DNA from: a virus
Reading direction: 5' to 3' (one strand)
DNA: 64,000 bases
IMG/VR virus record: IMGVR_UViG_3300036770_008715
Coordinates: 32,001 to 96,000 of that record
The notes under the pieces are model-generated. The model searched no databases. It was not told the DNA's origin and saw nothing but the letters and a program-made list of their open reading frames with translations. This document shows, in pieces, positions 58,009 to 64,000 of this stretch (positions are counted from its first letter, which is position 1; every line of letters starts with the position of its first letter). The translations under genes were made by a program, and so were the position numbers.

Positions 58009-58016
58009 TATTTATA
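58009..58016 (-). promoter_or_regulatory. late promoter
   Basis: TATAAATA right after the oxygenase stop, upstream of 57976. Confidence 0.8.
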
Positions 58017-58610
58017 TCACCTGAACTTTGGGCCTGCAATCCAAACAACCAAAGACCGTCTTGTTCCTGCTGTCACTGGGGTTACCCTGTGCATTAAATA
58101 GCTAGGAAACGCATATACTAGTCCACGTTCTTTTTTGGCCACAGTAGATTCATTACTCGTAAAGAACTCTAAATCTCCACCATCATATTCTTCAGGGTCG
58201 GATAATTGCAATATAAGCGATAACTTTCTTGGGGATGTATTTTTAATACCCATATCCATATGCCAAGTGTAATGATCATTAGATCCAGAAGAATATACAG
58301 TATATTGCAAATCTTCAACAAACCCAAAAAGATCAAAATCAAAAAACTGTCCATTCAATTGATTGGCAATATAGGATAAACGATCATACACATATGAAGT
58401 TTCATTTGTGCATGGAATCCAAGAAATTGTAGATTTTCGTAAAGCTGGATCTTCAACTCCATTATCGGTATATGCATCAAACTTATCGAAAGTTTCGCAT
58501 ACTGTTATGATTCTATTGAGCTCGAATTCTGAGAATCCACCTTCCCAATAAGCAAATCCATTTTGCAACCCTAAAACGTCAGGCGAAGGAACCATTTTAT
58601 ATACTGACAT
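58017..58610 (-). CDS. 2OG-Fe(II) oxygenase (PKHD / prolyl-hydroxylase-like)
   Basis: HxD (WHMD), RKLSL, GGDLEF, FPSYLMHRVTPV..GTR.SLV.W; likely start 58610 via TAATG overlap. Confidence 0.93.
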   Translation of the reverse strand: MSVYKMVPSPDVLGLQNGFAYWEGGFSEFELNRIITVCETFDKFDAYTDNGVEDPALRKSTISWIPCTNETSYVYDRLSYIANQLNGQFFDFDLFGFVEDLQYTVYSSGSNDHYTWHMDMGIKNTSPRKLSLILQLSDPEEYDGGDLEFFTSNESTVAKKERGLVYAFPSYLMHRVTPVTAGTRRSLVVWIAGPKFR

Positions 58611-59326
58611 TATTTTCTCTCCCATATTGTATCTCGATAATGAGATTCGTGTGATTGTAATTTTCTGCGAGTTTTTGATAAAACTTCGTTGTCTTTATCG
58701 CTGAGTTTGTTACATTTATGTTTTTTAATTGCTACATCTCTTTTGTATGGAATAGCCTGGACTAGTGGTGTTCCTGCTCTTATGATCCCAGTGTAGTTTG
58801 GGATATTAAATAAAAATGGGAAATTGACATATTCAAAATACCCATCAACATCAACTAAACCAGACATACAAGTAAATCGATAATCAGGCCTATTTAATGG
58901 TGGAACAAATAAAACTGAGTATCCCTTTGGTACTCGTATCATCCAATGATTTATAAATTTCATTGGAGGTTTTGGAAGTTCTGGGTGCGGAACTTTATCT
59001 GATGAGATTTGAGTATATGAATGGTTCTCTATTAGATTTTTATAGAATGTCCATGTGTAGGTTACGCCACTAACATCATCATTACTTGTTATTTCAACAT
59101 CACCAGCTAATGGAATAATCCAACCTATTGACATAGCATCAAGAAAAGGTGGACATCTTTTTATTGTGCTATTCTTTAATTTTTGCTTACCATCAACTTT
59201 TGGTGGTAGAGCTTTGTACCATTCAGGTAAAAGTTTTCGAGAGGGATATGGTTCAGGAATTACACCATAATCTTCTTCTGCACACAAAAATTCAATCTCA
59301 GGCGTCTTGATAAAAGACTTAAACAT
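58610..59326 (-). CDS. conserved hypothetical protein (DUF6065-like)
   Basis: LPEWYK, TIKRCPPFLDAM..GWIIP, W....PKGYS.LF, SGLVD.D, GTPLVQ.IP..R. Confidence 0.7.
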   Translation of the reverse strand: MFKSFIKTPEIEFLCAEEDYGVIPEPYPSRKLLPEWYKALPPKVDGKQKLKNSTIKRCPPFLDAMSIGWIIPLAGDVEITSNDDVSGVTYTWTFYKNLIENHSYTQISSDKVPHPELPKPPMKFINHWMIRVPKGYSVLFVPPLNRPDYRFTCMSGLVDVDGYFEYVNFPFLFNIPNYTGIIRAGTPLVQAIPYKRDVAIKKHKCNKLSDKDNEVLSKTRRKLQSHESHYRDTIWERK

Positions 59327-59336
59327 AATGCCTCCA

Positions 59337-62288
59337 TTATTGACTTGCCCAACTCACCGTCACAGATCCTCCGCTAGCACCAGTACCAACAGTAATAGCT
59401 AAAAGTGCCCCAACGCTTATAGTCTTATTTATAGTTCTAATTCCATTACCTGGAGCCCCAAAGTCACCAACTCCTCCAGCACCACCAACTGTTGCGCCAG
59501 TTCCATTTGCACCAGCAGTACCAGCAGTGCCAGCAGCACCAGCATTACCAGCTTGACTCGGCCAACTAGTTGGTGCCGCTCCACCTGGGTTTCCTGGTGT
59601 GGCACCAGTACCAGCTGCGCCATTTGTACCAGCAGTACCTGCAGTACCTGCTACTCCAGCTTGACTTGGCCAAGTTGTTGGAGCAGCACCACCTGAGTTT
59701 CCTGGTGTGGCACCAGTACCAGCTGCGCCATTCGTACCAGCAGTACCTGCAGTACCTGCTACTCCAGCTTTACCAGTCCAGTTTGTTGGTGCTGCTCCTC
59801 CTGGATTACCAGAAGTTGCACCAGTACCAGCTGCTCCGTTTGTGCCAGCAGTACCTGCAGTACCAGCAACTCCAGCTTTACCAGTCCAGTTTGTTGGTGC
59901 TGCTCCTCCTGGATTACCAGAAGTTGCTCCAGTACCAGCTGCGCCATTCGTACCAGCAGTACCTGCAGTACCTGCTACTCCAGCTTTACCAGTCCAGTTT
60001 GTTGGTGCTGCGCCCCCAGAAGTTGCTCCAGTACCAGCAGCACCTGTTGTTCCAGCATTTCCTGGACCTCCTGCTCCGCCAGAACCCCCTGGGTTGGCTG
60101 AACCAGGACCAACTGCACCAGTGCCAGCTCCACCAGCAGATCCAACATTTGATCCACCAGTACCAGCAGTTCCAGCTACTCCGCCACTTCCAGAGAAATA
60201 AGATGTTGTGGGTGTAGGAAAACCTGTGACAGATATACCATAACCACCGCCTGCGCCGCCACCACCTCCACCGCCACTACCAACTCCCCCTGAGGTTCCA
60301 ACTCCTCCTGGATTTCCAGCAGTTCCAGCGTTCCCGCCAGGTCCAAAGGCACCGTTGGTTCCTGCTGTTCCTGGGTTACCAGCAGCACCTTTAGTTCCTG
60401 GATTTCCAGCAGCACCAGCAGTTCCAGCATTACCTCCTGGACCAAACGCCCCATTGGTTCCTGCTGTTCCTGGGTTACCAGCAGCACCTTGAGTTCCTGG
60501 ATTTCCAGCAGCACCAGCAGTTCCAGCGTTCCCGCCAGGTCCAAAGGCACCGTTGGTTCCTGCTGTTCCTGGGTTACCAGCAGCACCTTGAGTTCCTGGG
60601 TTTCCTGCTGCACCAGCAGTTCCAGCAGTTCCACCAGGTCCAAATGCTCCATTGGTTCCAGGATTACCAGCGTTTCCTGCGCCACCTTGCGTTCCTGGGT
60701 TTCCTGCTGCACCAGCATTACCTGCTGTACCTCCTGGACCGAAAGCACCACCTTCCCCATTATTTCCTGGATTTCCTGGGTTTCCAGCAGTACCTGGGTT
60801 GCCAGCATTACCAGCATTACCAGCAGCGCCGCCTGCACCGCCAAAAAAAGTTATACTAGTTAATGTTGTTCCTGTAGATTGAACTACTGATGATGGATTT
60901 CCTGGGATACCAGCCGTTCCTGCACCCCCAACACTTCCATCTTTACCGCTCCAAGAAGTAGGAGCTGCTCCTCCTGAGGTAGCGCCAGTACCAGCAGTAC
61001 CAGGGCTACCACTAGCTCCTACGCTACCAGCAGAACCAGCAGATCCAGATTGACTTGGCCAAGTTGTTGGAGCAGCACCACCTGGGTTACCAGAAGTTGC
61101 TCCAGTACCAGCTGCGCCATTTGTACCAGCGGAACCAGCAGTACCTGCTACTCCAGCTTTGCTTGGCCAAGTTGTTGGAGCAGCACCACCTGGGTTACCA
61201 GAAGTTGCTCCAGTACCAGCTGCGCCATTTGTACCAGCAGTACCTGCAGTACCAGCAACTCCAGCTTTACCAGTCCAGTTTGTTGGTGCTGCTCCACCTG
61301 GGTTACCCGAAGTTGCTCCAGTACCAGCAGTTCCATTTGTTCCTGCAGAACCTGCCGATCCTGCTGCACCAGCTTTGCTTGGCCAATTAGTTGGTGCTGC
61401 TCCTCCTGGATTACCAGAAGTTGCTCCAGTACCAGCTGCTCCGTTTGTACCAGCGGAACCAGCAGTACCTGCACCCCCTGGGCTGCCTGCTGTACCAGTA
61501 CCACCGCCTCCTCCTCCGCCGCCTTCACCACCGCCACCGCCAGACCATGGCCCCCCATTACCAACGCTACCACCAGGTCCACCATTTCCACCACGGCCAC
61601 CACCTGGAGTTCCTGCATTTCCTGCTGTGGATCCACCAGCACCGCCTGCACTAGTGTTCGAAGTTAGCCCTGATGCGCCAGCATTACCTGGATTTCCTGA
61701 CGGCGTGGCACCAGCGCCACCAGTGCCTCCGCCACCACCAGATCCTGCTCCTCCTACAAATCCATTACTTCCAGCTGAACCGCCATTCCCACCACTGCCG
61801 CCCGAGCCTCCAGCACCGCCAGCGCCGCCTGCACCGTTAGTTCCTGGGTTACCTGCAGCTCCTTGAGTTCCTGGATTTCCAGCAGCACCAGCAGTTCCAG
61901 CAGTTCCACCAGGTCCAAATGCTCCATTGGTTCCAGGATTACCAGCATTACCTGCAGCTCCTTGGTTTCCAGGGTTACCAGCAGCACCAGCAGCACCAGC
62001 AGTTCCACCAGGTCCAAATGCACCGTTGGTACCAGGATTGCCAGCATTACCTGCAGCTCCTTGAGTTCCAGGATTGCCAGCGTTGCCTGCAGACCCAGCA
62101 TTTCCACCAGGGCCGAAAACGCCATTAGTTCCTGGAGTTCCTGGGTTTCCAGTTCCTCCTCTTCCTCCAGTGCCAGAAATAGTAACTTTTCTAACACCAA
62201 AAGGCACTACCCATCCAGTGCTACTATTAAAAGTTTGAGACCCCGCTTTGACTCGCGTTCGAAGCAGAGTGGAGGAACCTAACGGCAT
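59337..62288 (-). CDS. 983 aa glycine-rich Gly-X-Y repeat protein (adhesin-like)
   Basis: N-terminal TFNSSTGWVVPFGVRKVTISGTGG; repeats GTNGAFGPGG...GNPG and GTGATSGNPGGAAPTNW; C-terminal GSVTVSW. Confidence 0.85.
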   Translation of the reverse strand: MPLGSSTLLRTRVKAGSQTFNSSTGWVVPFGVRKVTISGTGGRGGTGNPGTPGTNGVFGPGGNAGSAGNAGNPGTQGAAGNAGNPGTNGAFGPGGTAGAAGAAGNPGNQGAAGNAGNPGTNGAFGPGGTAGTAGAAGNPGTQGAAGNPGTNGAGGAGGAGGSGGSGGNGGSAGSNGFVGGAGSGGGGGTGGAGATPSGNPGNAGASGLTSNTSAGGAGGSTAGNAGTPGGGRGGNGGPGGSVGNGGPWSGGGGGEGGGGGGGGTGTAGSPGGAGTAGSAGTNGAAGTGATSGNPGGAAPTNWPSKAGAAGSAGSAGTNGTAGTGATSGNPGGAAPTNWTGKAGVAGTAGTAGTNGAAGTGATSGNPGGAAPTTWPSKAGVAGTAGSAGTNGAAGTGATSGNPGGAAPTTWPSQSGSAGSAGSVGASGSPGTAGTGATSGGAAPTSWSGKDGSVGGAGTAGIPGNPSSVVQSTGTTLTSITFFGGAGGAAGNAGNAGNPGTAGNPGNPGNNGEGGAFGPGGTAGNAGAAGNPGTQGGAGNAGNPGTNGAFGPGGTAGTAGAAGNPGTQGAAGNPGTAGTNGAFGPGGNAGTAGAAGNPGTQGAAGNPGTAGTNGAFGPGGNAGTAGAAGNPGTKGAAGNPGTAGTNGAFGPGGNAGTAGNPGGVGTSGGVGSGGGGGGGAGGGYGISVTGFPTPTTSYFSGSGGVAGTAGTGGSNVGSAGGAGTGAVGPGSANPGGSGGAGGPGNAGTTGAAGTGATSGGAAPTNWTGKAGVAGTAGTAGTNGAAGTGATSGNPGGAAPTNWTGKAGVAGTAGTAGTNGAAGTGATSGNPGGAAPTNWTGKAGVAGTAGTAGTNGAAGTGATPGNSGGAAPTTWPSQAGVAGTAGTAGTNGAAGTGATPGNPGGAAPTSWPSQAGNAGAAGTAGTAGANGTGATVGGAGGVGDFGAPGNGIRTINKTISVGALLAITVGTGASGGSVTVSWASQ

Positions 62289-62306
62289 TTTTTACCCTAC
62301 TGGAAA

Positions 62307-62630
62307 TTATACCAGATGTTTATTGGCAATCAGAGATGAATTTCTAAGCTCATCAATACCAACTGCACATTCAATATCAACTTCAAAATCGTCATAGCAA
62401 TTTTTCCAGGTTACAATTGGGAAATTGGAAAATGTTTTTTGACCATCTTTCCAAGTCCAAGTACCAAGAGCATCGAAAACGCCAGAATGTTGGCTGTTAT
62501 CAAAATATGCTAGAATTGAAGCAGTGATTCCACTTGATTCTAGTAATTCTTTAGCTTGGTAACACTCATAGGCTTTATCAGTAAAGCCCATGTAGATGTG
62601 AACCTCTTTAATTTTGACTAAATTAGCCAT
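62307..62630 (-). CDS. glutaredoxin/thioredoxin-fold-like protein with degenerate CxxC
   Basis: HIY......AYECYQAKELLESSGI and FPIV cis-Pro-like motif. Confidence 0.5.
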   Translation of the reverse strand: MANLVKIKEVHIYMGFTDKAYECYQAKELLESSGITASILAYFDNSQHSGVFDALGTWTWKDGQKTFSNFPIVTWKNCYDDFEVDIECAVGIDELRNSSLIANKHLV

Positions 62631-62643
62631 TTAATTAGACCCC

Positions 62644-63057
62644 CTATTTTCCGAGATTTGCTAATGAGTGAGAAGCGTAATAAGTTTGACCACCATCGAA
62701 AGTGATCAGATTAATCACATCAGCATAATTAGATTTTTTTGCGAGCACTGGTACTTCGTTAAAAGACCAGAGCACGTTTTCAGGAAACACGACTTTACGG
62801 TTTCCAACATGATCTTGTTTAATCACGAGAACAGCAGAATAAGAATAGTCTGGTTCAGGTAGATTATCAAAAACGATATTCACAACACTATTTCGAAGAG
62901 TAATATTAAAGATATTCGAACCACTCAGATCTAAAACCAGATAATTATCATCTGCTGATAGTTTCTGAATTTTTTCGCGATATGATTTAAGAACGCCATC
63001 GAATTCTTCATTTTTAGAATTCTTTCTAAATTCGACAACGTTATCTACTGTTTTCAT
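62644..63057 (-). CDS. stand-alone fibre C-terminal-type domain
   Basis: LDLSGSNIFNITL, KQD..GNR.V.FP..V.W....PVL...ADVI; paralogous to the C-terminus of the upstream fibre. Confidence 0.75.
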   Translation of the reverse strand: MKTVDNVVEFRKNSKNEEFDGVLKSYREKIQKLSADDNYLVLDLSGSNIFNITLRNSVVNIVFDNLPEPDYSYSAVLVIKQDHVGNRKVVFPENVLWSFNEVPVLAKKSNYADVINLITFDGGQTYYASHSLANLGK

Positions 63058-63069
63058 TTAACTTCTCCA

Positions 63070-64000
63070 TTAGGGTAGAGGTGCTGGGCCAACATCAGCC
63101 AAAGAGTGGGCTCCCAGAAAATAAGAAGATCCCGCTATAGCATATATAGTCACTACATCCAACTTACCAGAAGTTCCTGTAGCTAGCACTGGAGTTTCTC
63201 CTCCTGACCAATATACTGTATTGGCCCAAGTTACTGTATTGGCTACAGTACTGGATTGTCTGAATACAAATGTTGCTGGTGCGCCAGTTCCTGCAACAGG
63301 AACGTTAGTTAACGTTATTGTCGTAGAAGAGCCGCCAGATCTAGATAAAGTTATATCAAATATATTTGTTAGTGCCAAGTTAGCAGAATATGCTCCGCTG
63401 GTTACGTTGGCAAACGTGATAGCTTCCGTATAGGCTTTGAGCGTTGTACTCGTATTGCCTGTTACCCGTAAATCGCCAGAAGATGCGTTGAAAAATAATT
63501 TTGGAGTGGAAATCTTTGGTCCCTGGGTTCCAGTTCCAGGAACTAACACAGGATAGAGCGTTGTTGTAGTTGTATCGTCATTAGTTGTTATCGACGATCC
63601 AACGCCAGGTGCACCTTGTGCGCCAACAGCTCCTTGCCTACCTTGAGACCCCTGGGCACCAGAAGCGCCTTGAATGCCTTGGAATCCTTGAGCTCCAAAT
63701 CCACCTTGAATACCTTGGAATCCTTGGGCTCCAATAGCACCTTGAGCGCCAATAGTTCCTTGTCTACCTTGAGATCCTTGAGCGCCAATAGCACCCTGCC
63801 TTCCTTGAGATCCTTGAGCACCAATAGAGCCTTGCGCCCCAGCTGCCCCCTGAATTCCCTGGAATCCCTGGGCTCCAATAGCACCCTGCCTTCCTTGAGA
63901 TCCTTGAGCACCAATATCTCCTGTTCTATAAAAATCGATCGCAACATCATTTCCATTGATAAAGAAGTCGCCAGCTGCTCCAGAAACAGTCAAAGTGACT
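63070..64000 (-). CDS. collagen-like fibre protein, C-terminal part (start lies beyond the window)
   Basis: Gly-X-Gln tract, NDDTTTTTLYPVLV, C-terminal adaptor-like domain; frame open to the window edge. Confidence 0.85.
   Translation of the reverse strand, partial: VTLTVSGAAGDFFINGNDVAIDFYRTGDIGAQGSQGRQGAIGAQGFQGIQGAAGAQGSIGAQGSQGRQGAIGAQGSQGRQGTIGAQGAIGAQGFQGIQGGFGAQGFQGIQGASGAQGSQGRQGAVGAQGAPGVGSSITTNDDTTTTTLYPVLVPGTGTQGPKISTPKLFFNASSGDLRVTGNTSTTLKAYTEAITFANVTSGAYSANLALTNIFDITLSRSGGSSTTITLTNVPVAGTGAPATFVFRQSSTVANTVTWANTVYWSGGETPVLATGTSGKLDVVTIYAIAGSSYFLGAHSLADVGPAPLP

Noticed and set aside
59500-62150. Possible CRISPR array
   Set aside because: Repeats are degenerate, codon-phased and inside an ORF; no unique spacers or cas genes
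59429-62282. Pro/Ala-rich and Gln/Leu-rich shadow ORFs over the glycine-rich gene
   Set aside because: Antisense or frame-shifted readings of GGN-GCN repeats
1-64000. Alternative genetic code, inteins or programmed frameshifts in core genes
   Set aside because: Core genes have expected lengths and tile the strand under the standard code; no intein-sized insertions in gp17, gp20, gp46 or UvsW

Overview
A 64 kb segment of a large T4-like (myovirus) phage genome; every credible gene is on the minus strand. In transcription order (right to left), about 39 kb (64000-24794) holds accessory virion genes: Gly-X-Gln collagen-like fibres, glycine-rich adhesin-like proteins, LamG, beta-propeller, C1q-like, beta-helix and lyase-like proteins, interleaved with a 2OG-Fe(II) oxygenase, a SAM methyltransferase and a glutaredoxin-like protein. 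The conserved T4 core follows: gp13-14-15-16-17-18-19-20-(67-like)-(68-like)-21-22-23-3, uvsY, an endonuclease-like insert with a structured leader, uvsW, gp55, gp47, gp46, peptide deformylase, a VWA/HExxH protein and the start of a probable CobS/MoxR AAA+ ATPase. This order matches cyanophage-type and other environmental T4-like phages. Late promoters (TATAAATA/ATAAATA/CTAAATA), sigma70-like promoters and two intrinsic terminators are visible. The best leads are: (1) a ~110 bp element between uvsY and uvsW with convergent late promoters and a probable anti-SD antisense RNA; (2) a modular, apparently branched collagen-fibre/adhesin system with shared docking motifs and co-located modifying enzymes; (3) a gp67-like head protein built like a protease-cleaved polyprotein; (4) a duplicated promoter with an IHF-consensus site. 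All product calls come from motif recognition and gene order; no searches were run.
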